Assembly (NCBI GenBank): GCA_963662335.2
Contig: CAXXVD010000001.1
Location: 64,001-128,000 of the forward strand
Origin: Chloroflexota bacterium
Lineage (GTDB): Bacteria > Chloroflexota > UBA11872 > VXOZ01
Length of the DNA stretch: 64,000 nt
Reading direction: 5' to 3'
In this document: piece by piece, positions 20,355 to 30,458 of the stretch
Numbering within the stretch: the stretch's first letter is position 1
Layout of the letters: each line of letters opens with the position of its first letter
The notes under the pieces: model-generated
Database searches by the model: none
What the model was told of the DNA's origin: nothing
Seen by the model: the letters and a program-made list of their open reading frames with translations, nothing else
Made by a program: the position numbers and the translations under genes

Positions 20355-20427
20355 TGTGCTTCCCCTACTCTATTGGCTGCGAGAGCGGACACGGCTTGCC
20401 AGCCACTCTGCGCCGCGTCAAATGAGG

Positions 20428-21405
20428 CTAATCGCTGCTTTCGCCGTCAGACTGCGCCGTCAGCGCCGCGCTTACCTCCCACAGCCGCCGCGCCGCATCC
20501 GCATCGCGCGAAGCGGGCGAGGATTCGACGGCTGCGCGCCGCTCGAAATAGCGTCCGCTCACCCCGGCCACCTCGGGCGCCGCGGCCAGGTAGATTGCCG
20601 TATCGGCTCCCTGCGCGGGCGTGAGCAGCAGCGGACGCGCCAGCTTGACCGCAAGTCCCACCGGCTTGGGCACGTGCCGGAAGAGCGCCGTCGCCACCAC
20701 GCCGGGGTGCAGGCAGTTTGCCGTCACGCCCGTTCCCTCCAGGCGGCGCGCCAATTCATAGGTGAAATACACGTTCGCCAGTTTCGTTTGGCTGTAGACG
20801 TCGAACGGCACATACGCCCGCTTGTTCTGCAAGTCGTCGAAGTCGAGCGCGACCCGCCGGTGCGCCCCGGAACTGACAGTCACAATCCGCGACGGCGCGC
20901 TGGCCTTGAGCCGCTCGAGCAAGAGATTTGTCAGCAGGAACGGCGCGAGATGATTGACCGCGAACGTCAACTCCAGCCCCTGCTCATCGGTCAGCCGCCG
21001 CTGCCAGGGCGTCACGCCCGCGTTGTTCACCAGCACGTCGAGGCGGTCGAATTCATCCAGGATCGCCGCGGCCGCCTCACGCACCTGCCGCTGGGAACTG
21101 AAGTCGGCAATAAGCAGCGAGACGGCGTCGTTGCCGCAGCGTTCCTTGATTTCCCGCAGCGCTTCACCGCCCCGGGACTCGCTGCGGCAAACCAGCGCCA
21201 CCGTCGCGCCCAGCCGCGCCAAAGCCAGCGCCGTCTCCTTGCCGATGCCGGAATTCGCGCCGGTAACGACACAGACCTTGCCGCGCATGTCGGCGTCAAC
21301 AGCCGGGAAATCCGGTTTCTTCATGCGGCGGATACCGGCAATTCCCGTCCCAAGGTTGGATGCCGCTACCCGCGCTTTGCCGACAACGTCTCGCATCGCA
21401 TTCAC
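20428..21405 (-). CDS. short-chain dehydrogenase/reductase (retinol dehydrogenase-like)
   Basis: TGANSGIG, NNAG, VNHL, YSQTK (YxxxK), HPGVV; true start may be downstream (about 21324). Confidence 0.92.
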   Translation of the reverse strand: MNAMRDVVGKARVAASNLGTGIAGIRRMKKPDFPAVDADMRGKVCVVTGANSGIGKETALALARLGATVALVCRSESRGGEALREIKERCGNDAVSLLIADFSSQRQVREAAAAILDEFDRLDVLVNNAGVTPWQRRLTDEQGLELTFAVNHLAPFLLTNLLLERLKASAPSRIVTVSSGAHRRVALDFDDLQNKRAYVPFDVYSQTKLANVYFTYELARRLEGTGVTANCLHPGVVATALFRHVPKPVGLAVKLARPLLLTPAQGADTAIYLAAAPEVAGVSGRYFERRAAVESSPASRDADAARRLWEVSAALTAQSDGESSD

Positions 21406-21485
21406 CGCCGCGCCCCTACGGACGCTCTTTACACTCGAAGCGGACGGCCCGCGTTCTACTTGAAAGGCTTAACGTGCTCTAGCGC

Positions 21486-22967
21486 TCAGTGCCGCACGTC
21501 AATCGGCCAGTACTCCGTATGCGCGCCGGGCTGTCCCTGGTTGCGCATCTCGGCTTCGGGCACGTGCAGCGGAGGGCGTTCCGGCAGCGCCCCGTTCTCC
21601 AGCAGTCCGCCGCCGCGATCCCGCTGCCGCCGGATAAGTTCATCCCGCAACTCTTCCTTCTTGGCAACCGCTTCAGACGCATGAGCGAGGTTGCGCCGCT
21701 CCTGGGGGTCGGACTCCAGGTCGAAAAGCTGCTCGGCGGGGCCCTCCGGATACCACATATATTTCCACCGTCCATCCGTAAGCGCCAGATAGACGCAGGC
21801 GAGGCGCAGGTCCTTGCCCGTCGGGCCCGGCCCGTTCATGCCTTCCAGGTATTGCCGGGGCGACTCATGCTCGCCTCGCGCCACCGCCACCAGGTCCTGG
21901 CCGTCCGTATCCGCTGGCGGCTCGCCGCCGGCCGCATTCAACAGCGTTGGCAGAATGTCCGCGTGTGTAACCGGCGACGACACCTCCGTCCCGTGGCAGC
22001 GGTTGTCCCAGCTACTCGGCATGCGCAGCGCGAACGGCACGTGCGCCGACGGTTCGTGGAAGTGGCTCTTGGCCCCGGCGCGGTGATCGCCCAGGAACTC
22101 GCCGTGATCGGAGGTATAGATGATAAGCGTCTCGTGATACAGCCGCAGGTCTTCCAGCGCGCTGTACACCCGCGCCAGGTTGTAGTCGATCTGCGTAATC
22201 AGGCCGTAGTAGGCGGCACGCGCCTCGCGAATGACCTCCGGCGGCAGGATGTCGTAGGAACGGCGGCTCTGCTGCTTGGCAAAGGCCGGCGGACACTCTT
22301 CGGTCTCCCGCCAGTCGCCTATCACCGGCGCCGGTATGGGCGCATTGCGGTACATCGAGTAGTACGGCTCCGGCGGATCGAACGGCGGGTGCGGCTTGGT
22401 GAACGAACACCACAGGAAGAACGGCACGGATGGGTCCCGGCGGAAGTGGATGTACTGCACGCACTGCTCCGCAATCCAGGAGGTCAAGGTCTGCGCTTCC
22501 GGCACGGTGGCCATGCCGGGGTAGAGTTCGTTCTGGCCCAGGCCGTGCCGCATCGGCTGCAACTCACTACCCGAATGGCGCATCTGGCGGTAGTAGTCGT
22601 CGGGCAGGATCATCTCGTCGAAGCCGTGCCGCGCCCGCTCCGGCCCGAAGTGCATCTTGCCGACGGCGATCGTCTGGTAGCCCAGTTCCCGCAAGTGCCA
22701 CGGCAGCGTGCCTTCCCGGCCCAGAATCTTCGAGCTGATGCCGTTGCCGGTCATGCCGTGGGAAAAGACCTGCTTGCCGGTCATGATGCCCATGCGCGAA
22801 GGCACGCAGACCGGATCGTCCGTATAACCGCTGGTGAAAGTAACGCCTTCGTAGCGCAGGCGGTCGTAGTGCGGCGTGCGCAGGAAGGACGGCCCGGCCC
22901 CGCCGGAGGCGTCGTAACGCTGCTGGTCGGTCGTAATCAGCAGGATGTTTGGTTGCGCTGCCGCCAT
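21486..22967 (-). CDS. Cys-type sulfatase
   Basis: PNILLITTDQQR, CVPSR (CxPxR), GKMHF, KPHPP, SDHGE, LFDL..DP.E. Confidence 0.93.
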   Translation of the reverse strand: MAAAQPNILLITTDQQRYDASGGAGPSFLRTPHYDRLRYEGVTFTSGYTDDPVCVPSRMGIMTGKQVFSHGMTGNGISSKILGREGTLPWHLRELGYQTIAVGKMHFGPERARHGFDEMILPDDYYRQMRHSGSELQPMRHGLGQNELYPGMATVPEAQTLTSWIAEQCVQYIHFRRDPSVPFFLWCSFTKPHPPFDPPEPYYSMYRNAPIPAPVIGDWRETEECPPAFAKQQSRRSYDILPPEVIREARAAYYGLITQIDYNLARVYSALEDLRLYHETLIIYTSDHGEFLGDHRAGAKSHFHEPSAHVPFALRMPSSWDNRCHGTEVSSPVTHADILPTLLNAAGGEPPADTDGQDLVAVARGEHESPRQYLEGMNGPGPTGKDLRLACVYLALTDGRWKYMWYPEGPAEQLFDLESDPQERRNLAHASEAVAKKEELRDELIRRQRDRGGGLLENGALPERPPLHVPEAEMRNQGQPGAHTEYWPIDVRH

Positions 22968-22979
22968 CGCGCCTAGTCC

Positions 22980-24005
22980 CTAAAGCTCCTGATACGCCTC
23001 GACCACGTTCTGCCACGCCAGCGCCGGATCGCCGCCCCGGTGGTAGGCGGTGCCGCCCGGTTCGCCCCGGAACGACCACACGGCCAGCATGTCCGCGCCC
23101 ATCTCCGCCGCCGCCAGCAAACTGCGCTTCACGTCCGGCTCTCGCTTGGGCGGCATCCAGATCGACTGCACCCAGATTTGGCACGGTTTCTGATACTTGC
23201 GAGAAAGGTCAATCGCCTTGCGCGTGTTCTCCTCGAAGTACTCCCAGTCGCCGCCGCGGCGGTGAATCCAATAGGGGTCGGTGGAGAAGACGTCCACCTC
23301 CGGCAGCGCCACGAACGGCTCCCAATCGTCAACGCCGTACCAGCCGGGGCCGGACGACGGGCTCTTGTCGCTATCGTCCAGCGGCATGAGGCAGAGCACG
23401 TTCTCGCCGCCGCCCACTTCCCTACCGACCCGCAACAGCCGCGTCAGGAAGATTTGCAGCGAATCCTGGCGAAACTGCCGCACGTCGTGGTCGAGTTGGG
23501 TCGGCATGGCGCGCTTGAACCGGCGCGAAAACGCCTCCTGGCACGCGGCGCAGCGGCACGCCCACACGTCGGGAAAGTTGCTGTCGCTGGAAAAGTGCGG
23601 CTCGTCCCAGAAGACGCCGTCCGGCGCAAAGTGCGGGATGATTTCCCGCGCGCGCTCCTCCATCCAGTCGGCGTACGCCGGGTTGTTCGGGCACGCCATC
23701 GCTTCGGCGGAACGGACGCCGTTGGAGAAGAACTGCGCGGCCTCCGGGTGCGCCAGGAGATAGCGCGTGGACTGGATATAGGAGGCGAACGCGCCAAAAC
23801 CGTGCCAGTTCAGGTAGACTTTCAGCCCCAACTCCCGCGCTTTCGCCACAATGCGTTCCCGCGCCGCGCGGAAGAGGTACCAGTCGGTCTCGTTCAACGT
23901 CATGTTGATCGAGGTGCAGCCGGCGGCCTTGATCTCTTCCAAGTCCTGATCGTTGTGGTGCGGATACCACCCGCCCGCATAGGCCACGTTCTTGTCAATG
24001 ACCAT
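22980..24005 (-). CDS. putative glycoside hydrolase-like TIM-barrel protein
   Basis: ACPNNP, DGVFWDEP, CRCAAC, TDPYW motifs; immediately upstream of the sulfatase; family not assignable by eye. Confidence 0.55.
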   Translation of the reverse strand: MVIDKNVAYAGGWYPHHNDQDLEEIKAAGCTSINMTLNETDWYLFRAARERIVAKARELGLKVYLNWHGFGAFASYIQSTRYLLAHPEAAQFFSNGVRSAEAMACPNNPAYADWMEERAREIIPHFAPDGVFWDEPHFSSDSNFPDVWACRCAACQEAFSRRFKRAMPTQLDHDVRQFRQDSLQIFLTRLLRVGREVGGGENVLCLMPLDDSDKSPSSGPGWYGVDDWEPFVALPEVDVFSTDPYWIHRRGGDWEYFEENTRKAIDLSRKYQKPCQIWVQSIWMPPKREPDVKRSLLAAAEMGADMLAVWSFRGEPGGTAYHRGGDPALAWQNVVEAYQEL

Positions 24006-24110
24006 CTGGCGTTACCTTCCTGTCTCTCGCCTATGCGCCGCACAAACGAAGTTCATGAATCGGGACCGCCATCGCTTTGAGTGTCAGGTGCAACGTAGAC
24101 CGGTGTCCGG

Positions 24111-24260
24111 CTGCCGCGACGCAACTCTGGTAGCTGCTGTCACTCCAACTGCTGCGACGAAACGCTGGTAGCTCCTGTCATTCCAACTGCCGCGACGAAA
24201 CGCTGGTAGCTCCTGTCATTCCAACTGCCGCGACAAAACGCTGGTAGCTCCTGTCATTCC
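24111..24260. repeat. 38-bp tandem repeat x4
   Basis: Unit CTGCCGCGACGAAACGCTGGTAGCTCCTGTCATTCCAA at 24111, 24149, 24187 and 24225 (last one 36 bp); no spacers. Confidence 0.95.
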
Positions 24261-24356
24261 GAGCGTAGCGAGGAATCTAGGGCCGTAGCGCAACAACACT
24301 CCGGCCCTTTGGCGCCCTAGATTCCTCACTGCGCTGCGCTTCGTTCGGAATGACAG
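24251..24356. repeat. REP-like inverted-repeat element TGTCATTCCGAGCG(C/T)AGCGAGGAATCT...AGATTCCTC...GGAATGACA
   Basis: Terminal inverted repeats; same family at about 40891-40917, 42167-42469 and 58272-58393. Confidence 0.85.
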
Positions 24357-24470
24357 GGAAGAGGGCTTTGTGTTGCGCCCGGATCACTCACTTCTTCCAC
24401 CGATTCTGTCAACGAATGAGCAAACATATGCTCTTTCGGGGCAGGCCGGAATTCATCTTGCCCTTGCCAC

Positions 24471-24498
24471 CTGGACTCCGGCTTCCGCCGGAGTGACG
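24471..24498. repeat. REP-like unit TGGAYTCCGGCTTNCGCCGGARTGAC
   Basis: Related copies at about 38033-38060 and 41038-41066, with a variant at 49857-49881. Confidence 0.7.
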
Positions 24499-24545
24499 CA
24501 TCTAAATCCGGCGTAACGCGCTCAACCCTGGCGTGACGGGCGCAT

Positions 24546-25670
24546 TCAACGGATCTTCCCCCGCGCCCAGATCGGCCAAATCGCCACCACCTCGCCGTTG
24601 CGGTGCATCACCACTTCGTCGAAGTTGTTCGTCGCGCCGCAGGCGTGGTTGGGAATCACCGACACCCGCTCGCCGATTTCCGGTGTCCGTTCGCATTGGC
24701 TCACGTCCACGTGGCCGTGCTCCTCGGACTGCGCGAACACGCGGGCCTCCGGGTACTCGATGATGTGGCAGAACTTGCTGCGCGGATCGCCATCCTGGGG
24801 CATGTCGCTGGTGAACGTCTTGGTGCCGCCGTCCAGGATCACCCGCTCCGGCGTCGGCTTGCTCACCACCGTGCAGATGAAGCGCTGGGCGCACTGGGCG
24901 TAGGTCATCACGCCGTTGCTGACCGTATTGCGGTCGCCGTAGTTGAACGTGCCCACCCGCACCTCGGTCGCGTGGGGAGTCCGGTGCAGGTCGTGGAAGT
25001 CCACCGAACCGCCGCCGCTGACGATCTCCGGCGGCAGGCCCTGCTGGTTAAAGTACTCCCACGCTCCGGCCGCCGCCGCCTGCTGGTCCGGTTTCGTCGT
25101 GGGATACATCATCAGGCCGCGAAAGTGCACGCCCGGCAGCTTGTCGATCACTTTGGCAAGGGCCAGGGCGTCTTCTTTGGTCGCCACGCCGGTGCGCTCG
25201 AAATCCGGCATGGCGAGTTCCACCACCAGGTTGATCGGATGATTGGGGTCGGCAAAGGCGGAGATGCCGCGCGCCGTGTACTCCGAATCCACCGTGAGCG
25301 TAATGTCCGTCAGTTGCGAGACCGCGCGCAGGCGCTCGAGCTTCTGCCGGCCCATCACGTTGTAGCAGAGCATGATGTCGCCGGTGATGCCGGCTTCCAC
25401 CATCACCTCCACCTCGCCCAATTTCTGGCACGCAATGCCGGCGGCCCCGGCGTCTAGCTGCATCTTGGCGATGTAGGTAACTTTGTGCGTCTTGATGTGG
25501 GGACGGTTGTTCAGGCCGTGAGCGTCGCAGTACGCCTGCAACTCGTTGATGTTCGCCTGCAAGCGGTCTAAGTCCACCACCATGGCCGGCGTATCGAGGT
25601 CGTCGATCGTCAGCGGTTTGCCGCGTGTTGGCGCCGCCATCGTTTCCGTCGCTTCTGCCGCGCTCGTCAT
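24546..25670 (-). CDS. DSD1/D-threonine aldolase-like PLP enzyme (alanine racemase fold)
   Basis: LDTPAMVVDLD, RPHIKTHK, RTGV, LDGGTK, SEEHG, IPNHAC. Confidence 0.9.
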   Translation of the reverse strand: MTSAAEATETMAAPTRGKPLTIDDLDTPAMVVDLDRLQANINELQAYCDAHGLNNRPHIKTHKVTYIAKMQLDAGAAGIACQKLGEVEVMVEAGITGDIMLCYNVMGRQKLERLRAVSQLTDITLTVDSEYTARGISAFADPNHPINLVVELAMPDFERTGVATKEDALALAKVIDKLPGVHFRGLMMYPTTKPDQQAAAAGAWEYFNQQGLPPEIVSGGGSVDFHDLHRTPHATEVRVGTFNYGDRNTVSNGVMTYAQCAQRFICTVVSKPTPERVILDGGTKTFTSDMPQDGDPRSKFCHIIEYPEARVFAQSEEHGHVDVSQCERTPEIGERVSVIPNHACGATNNFDEVVMHRNGEVVAIWPIWARGKIR

Positions 25671-25882
25671 GTTCGCCTCACTTTCCCGTTTCGTTGACTC
25701 GCAGTATGCATACGATACCATAGAACCGCTTGCCTCTCCCCGCGCGCGGGCGCGCCGATTAACCGCAAACGGCAACGGCGGCGTCTCCGGGCCGGCTTCA
25801 CACAATCGGCGCGGGTGTGGCAAAGTAGTCATCATGGCCGTGCACGACCACAGAATGAAGTGAAAAGTAATCTACATCTCTC

Positions 25883-26055
25883 CGTTCGTGCTGAGCCTGT
25901 CGAAGTATGAACGGAGAGATGTGCGCGCGGAGTTTCTCCACGCTCAATCCGCCGTTCGTGTTGAGCTTGTCGAAGCATGAACGGGAAGATGGGTGTGCGG
26001 AGTTTCTCCACGCTCAATCCGCCGTTCACCCTTCGACGCCGCTCAGGGCGAACGG
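25883..26055. repeat. REP-like cluster (CTGAGCYTGTCGAAG family) with about 70-bp periodicity
   Basis: Units at about 25883, 25952 and 26022 (last inverted); 31-bp GCGGAGTTTCTCCACGCTCAATCCGCCGTTC repeated at 25927 and 25997. Confidence 0.85.
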
Positions 26056-26148
26056 CTCGGTGACGAAACTCTCGGAGTACTGACGGAGTCTGTCGAGCGC
26101 CTTTTGCGGCAAGCGTTACAATCCACGACGAAACGAAGGAGCAACCTC

Positions 26149-27450
26149 ATGGCCGACCCGGCGCAGCGCATCGACGAGTGGGTAGCGGCGCACAGCGACG
26201 AGCTCATCCGGTTTCTGCAAGAACTGGTGCGGATTCCCTCAGAGTCGCTCCCGCCGGAGGGGCACGAGGCCGCGGCCCAGGAATTCGTGGCGCAGGCGTT
26301 CCGGCAGGCCGGCGCGGACGTGGACGTCTTCGACCCGATCGACGTGCCCGGCCTCACCGAGCACCCCGTCTACCATCCGGTCTGGGGCGACATGCCGCGC
26401 AATCTGGAGAACCGGCCGTGTGTGGTCGGCGTCTTTCGCGGCAGCGGCGGCGGCAAGTCGATGCTTATGTCGAGTCACATCGACACCGTCGGCGCGGACG
26501 ACCCGGCGCTGTGGACGGACGCCCCGCCGTTTAGCGCCGCCATCATCGACGGCAAGATGTACGGCCGCGGCACGTACGATACCAAAGCCGGCATCGCCAC
26601 CGCCCTCTTTGCGATCCAGTGCCTCCGCGAACTAGGGCTGCCTCAGAGAGGCGACGTGATCGTGGAGAGCGTCTCGGATGAAGAATTCGGCGGCTCACAC
26701 GGTACGCTGGCCTGCCGCCTGAAAGGCTACAACGCCGACATTGCCATCAACTGCGAGCCGACGAACATGCACGTGGCCGCGGCCACCCGCGGCGGCGGAC
26801 AGTGGAAGATCACCGTGCGCGGCGAAGCCGGCATGGCGCTGGGCGGCGTGGAGCGCGTGAGTTCGTCGTACAAGATCGCCTGGGTCATCGAGGCGCTGCG
26901 CCAATACAACCTCAAGCGCAATGCGGAAATCCCCACCCCGCCGCTCTACGCCCACGAGCCGGGCCTGCCGCTCTACGTCTCGCAGATTGGCGGCGGCGGC
27001 AATACCTTTGCCGAAGACCAGGGCGCGGCGCCGCCCTCCTGCTACGCCAACATGTGGTGCGAGGTCTACCCGGGCACCACCAAAGAAGAGCACGTGCGCG
27101 AGGTCAAGGCCTTTGTCAATAGCTATCTGGATAGCATCGAAGGTTTCGACGGCGAGTACCCGGAGTACGAACTGGAACTGCGCTTCCTACCGGGCAGCGA
27201 GACGAGCACCGACCATCCCATCTTCAACCACCTGGAGAGCGCCTACCAAGCGGCCAACCGCGAATACGTCGTCCAGGGCGCGCCCTTCGCCTCCGACGGC
27301 TACGTCTTCAACCTGCACAGCCCTACGCCCGTCGTCACCGTCGGCGTCGGCGGCGACAACGCCCACGCGCCCAACGAGTACATCCACGTGCAAGACCTGA
27401 TAGACCTCACCCGCATCTTCGCCCGCACGATGCTCTCGTGGTGCGGCTAG
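26149..27450 (+). CDS. M20 family metallopeptidase/deacylase (ArgE/DapE-like)
   Basis: RBS AAGGAG; SHIDTV, YGRGTYDTKAG, DEEFGG, CEPT, NAHAPNEY. Confidence 0.92.
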   Translation: MADPAQRIDEWVAAHSDELIRFLQELVRIPSESLPPEGHEAAAQEFVAQAFRQAGADVDVFDPIDVPGLTEHPVYHPVWGDMPRNLENRPCVVGVFRGSGGGKSMLMSSHIDTVGADDPALWTDAPPFSAAIIDGKMYGRGTYDTKAGIATALFAIQCLRELGLPQRGDVIVESVSDEEFGGSHGTLACRLKGYNADIAINCEPTNMHVAAATRGGGQWKITVRGEAGMALGGVERVSSSYKIAWVIEALRQYNLKRNAEIPTPPLYAHEPGLPLYVSQIGGGGNTFAEDQGAAPPSCYANMWCEVYPGTTKEEHVREVKAFVNSYLDSIEGFDGEYPEYELELRFLPGSETSTDHPIFNHLESAYQAANREYVVQGAPFASDGYVFNLHSPTPVVTVGVGGDNAHAPNEYIHVQDLIDLTRIFARTMLSWCG

Positions 27451-27785
27451 CGGCGGTTAGTATTGAGAGATGGAGAGTAGGTAGGGGTGAGCGCTAAGCG
27501 AGACTCTTGACTGACCCGCGCCTAATCATCGTCACCACGTTGCGGTGCACGCGCTCCTTCAGGAAGAACCTGCCTTCAATCAGTACAACTGCTTTCGGTT
27601 GCACGGATGCCACGCACCCACCAAAGAGAAGGGAAAAGCCCCAAGGGTTCGGCCCTGCTCGCAATTGCCGGAAAATCCGGGAGCCGGGCGTACTGCCAAG
27701 GGGCGGATGTACTTCAAAGAGTAACATCGTCCGAAACTAGCGTCAACCACCATGCGGGAGATTCGGCATGCCCGGCCGCCGGCGT

Positions 27786-28076
27786 CTAGACACGCACGGC
27801 CTCCCGCTGCACGTACGGCTTGATTTCCGGTCGCAGGCTCTTTTCGGTAACGAGGTCCACGGGGCGCCCCAGCACGTCCTCAAGGTAGAATTGCGCGCCA
27901 AAGAAGCGCCGCCAATCCGCCGGGCCGTCAAAGCTGATCAAGATGTCCACGTCGCTGCCCTCTTCCACTTCATCGCGGGCGATCGAGCCGAAGAGCGAAA
28001 GCGCGGTGACACCGAAGCGCTCCGCCAGCGCCGCCTTGTGCTCTCGCAGCAACTTCAACGTTTCTTCTCTATTCAT
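27786..28076 (-). CDS. MNT-family minimal nucleotidyltransferase (antitoxin-like)
   Basis: 96 aa; LFGSIAR...SDVDIL (GSx10DxD), LEDVLGRPVDLVT. Confidence 0.9.
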   Translation of the reverse strand: MNREETLKLLREHKAALAERFGVTALSLFGSIARDEVEEGSDVDILISFDGPADWRRFFGAQFYLEDVLGRPVDLVTEKSLRPEIKPYVQREAVRV

Positions 28077-28332
28077 ACCTCACCCCAGCGCGGCAACGGG
28101 CCGCTATCTACCGCCCCCTGCGCCACTCCACTATCATAGCGAATCCTTCCCAATCTCAAGTATGCCCGTATTTTCTGCACAGGCCCGCGCGCCGAGAATA
28201 TAGTTCGCGGCGCTGGCGTCCCAGTCCTGGACCAGCAAAGAATCGGAGACGACACAGTTTTTTCGCGAAACATCCAAGCGGCGTGACCCCCGTATATCAC
28301 CACCGCTGTCCCCAGGACTCCAGCCTAGAATC

Positions 28333-28371
28333 GAAACGTTGGGCGCTTCCATTGGAAGCGCCCAACGTTTC
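28333..28371 (-). terminator. perfect 18-bp stem-loop downstream of SBP gene
   Basis: GAAACGTTGGGCGCTTCC-ATT-GGAAGCGCCCAACGTTTC, 23 nt after the stop at 28395. Confidence 0.75.
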
Positions 28372-28394
28372 AATTGCCGGTAGAGCGGCGGTCT

Positions 28395-29768
28395 CTAGCT
28401 AATGACGCCCAGCCGCCTTAGTTCCACCTGCTCCTCATCGAGGATCTTGTTGCCGATCGCAACGGCGGTGGCAACGGCTTCATCCATGGTCACCTCGTTG
28501 TCCACGGCCTTATTGAGCTCGGCCGGGATGGCGCTGTTCCACTCCAGGGTGGAGTACGACTGCGGATAGTCGAAACCCCAGTCCATGGAGTCGAGGAACT
28601 TCTGCGCCAGTTCCGGGAAGTCGTTGTTGGCGGTCCAATTGCGGGAACCCTTCCAACTGCCGGGCATGGTGAACTCGGCGGTGGAGGCCTCGCCGGTGTC
28701 CGAGGTGGTGGCGTACTTGATGAACGCCCACGAGTGGTCGGGCGTTTCAACCTGGTCGCCGGCCGCGAATGACGAACCGTGCACCACGTTGGCCTGGCGG
28801 ACGTTTCGCGGCAGGTACTGCACACCCCAGTTGATGTGGTCCAGCGGCGCCAGATGGCCGAATTCCCACGGGCCGCTGGCGCGGAACGTCAGCAAGCCGT
28901 TGTGGAACATGTTGCGCTTGCCGCCGGCGTCGGAGGCTTCCGGCCGCGTGGGCGCCACGCCGTGCTGGTGGATGAGACTGTGCATGAAATTGAACGCCGC
29001 CAGTCCCTCCGGCTGACCGAATAGGAACTCGGTTTTCTCTTTGTTCAAGATTTCGCCGCCGTTTGCCAGCACGTAGTTGTAGCCCTCGGTCTGGCCCCAG
29101 ACCGAGACGTACGTGCCCCAGCGTTCCGGCGTCTCGCCCTGGCGGATGGTGAGCTTCTGCGACATCTCCAGCCAGTCGTCGAACGTCCAGTCTTCCGCCG
29201 GCTCGTCCAGCCCCGCCTCGCCCAGGTGCTCACGGTTGTAGTACATGCCGATGGTGGCGTGGAAGTTGGGCAGGCCCCAGACCTTGCCAAACAACGTATA
29301 GACGTTCACGAGATACGCCGGGAACGTCTCCATCATGTCGATGTTGTCGGCGGCAACGTAGGGCGAGAGGTCGTAGAGGATGTTGTTCGCCGCGTGGAAC
29401 ATGATGTTGGGGCCGTTCATGATCATCACGTCGAACGGCGTGCCCGCGGCGGCGGAGGTCTTGAGTTTCGGCCAGTACTCGCCCCAGGCGGTTACATCGA
29501 TAGAGAGGTCAATGTTCTCGCTGACCTCGGCCCGGTAGCCGGCAATCGAGCGTTCGTAGTCGCCGCCCTGCGCCTCTGTATAGCAAATGACGTTGAGCGT
29601 CACCGTCTCCGGCTCCGCCGGTTTCTCTTCTGCCGCCGGTTTCTCGGCCATCTGCTCTTGCGGTTCGTCCGTCACCGCGGCCTGTCCGCACGCGGCGAGC
29701 AGCAGCGCGCCGCTCCCGCCAACTATGCCGGCCAGCACGCCGCGCCGGGTAATCTCAGTCTGACGCAT
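28395..29768 (-). CDS. ABC transporter sugar-binding protein (SBP family 1), Tat lipoprotein
   Basis: RBS AAGGAG; TRRGVL...LAAC; close paralogue of 16655-18025. Confidence 0.9.
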   Translation of the reverse strand: MRQTEITRRGVLAGIVGGSGALLLAACGQAAVTDEPQEQMAEKPAAEEKPAEPETVTLNVICYTEAQGGDYERSIAGYRAEVSENIDLSIDVTAWGEYWPKLKTSAAAGTPFDVMIMNGPNIMFHAANNILYDLSPYVAADNIDMMETFPAYLVNVYTLFGKVWGLPNFHATIGMYYNREHLGEAGLDEPAEDWTFDDWLEMSQKLTIRQGETPERWGTYVSVWGQTEGYNYVLANGGEILNKEKTEFLFGQPEGLAAFNFMHSLIHQHGVAPTRPEASDAGGKRNMFHNGLLTFRASGPWEFGHLAPLDHINWGVQYLPRNVRQANVVHGSSFAAGDQVETPDHSWAFIKYATTSDTGEASTAEFTMPGSWKGSRNWTANNDFPELAQKFLDSMDWGFDYPQSYSTLEWNSAIPAELNKAVDNEVTMDEAVATAVAIGNKILDEEQVELRRLGVIS

Positions 29769-29827
29769 CGTTGGACTCCTTACTTCTTTGAGACATGGGG
29801 CTCGCTTGCCCTCGCTCGCTAGTCTGG

Positions 29828-29856
29828 AGTATACACCCCGTTACAATCACAAGCAA
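29828..29856 (-). promoter_or_regulatory. candidate sigma70-type promoter of SBP gene
   Basis: Minus strand TTGCTT-N17-TATACT, 60 nt upstream of the start codon. Confidence 0.55.
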
Positions 29857-30117
29857 GATCTTAGTCGTGTCTAGTCTCGCTCGCGGCAAATACCTGGCGA
29901 AAACGCTCTCGCACCACCTAAGGATCACCTCCTGGGAAACATCACTGCTCTATCAATTTTTGGCTAACGAATACGCATACGACGACATTCCGAGGCGCCG
30001 ATGGAGCGCGTCACCAGTGACGCCGAGTCCACGAACGCCCGGCATCGCTTGGCAAGACGCGGACGCTATGGGACAATGAAGTCACTGGCGCTAGCAATAC
30101 TGGAGAGAGTGGGATCC

Positions 30118-30363
30118 ATGGCGGTTTACGACACGCACAAGGCGGTGAAAGTCCTCACAGACGCGGGTGTGCCGGAAGAGCACGCCGAGGCCATGGTTGC
30201 CGTGGTTGGAAACCTGCCGGGCAACCTGGTAACTGAAACGGTGCTCGACGCCAAGTTGCAAGCGTTGGAGTTGCGCATGACATTGCGGCTCGGCGGCTTG
30301 GTGGTTGCGGGTGTCGTGTTCCTAGCCGCGCTGATCACCGTTTTTCAATTCTTGCCCCTTTAG
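30118..30363 (+). CDS. small CCDC90/DUF1640-like coiled-coil membrane protein
   Basis: [21 protein letters not shown]-terminus, [11 protein letters not shown]-terminal TM helix. Confidence 0.7.
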   Translation: MAVYDTHKAVKVLTDAGVPEEHAEAMVAVVGNLPGNLVTETVLDAKLQALELRMTLRLGGLVVAGVVFLAALITVFQFLPL

Positions 30364-30458
30364 AAGCCTCCGCCAAGGGGGTAGCCAAGCCACCAGTCTC
30401 GATTGCTTGCGCGGGAATACCCCAGGGGTACATTTCCCCGAACTACAAGGAGACGTTT

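Noticed and set aside
24111-24260. CRISPR array (38-bp repeats)
   Set aside because: Units are contiguous with no spacers, and there are no cas genes
27451-27742. Short ORFs on both strands downstream of the M20 peptidase
   Set aside because: No convincing start, RBS or motif; possibly a decayed remnant but not supportable
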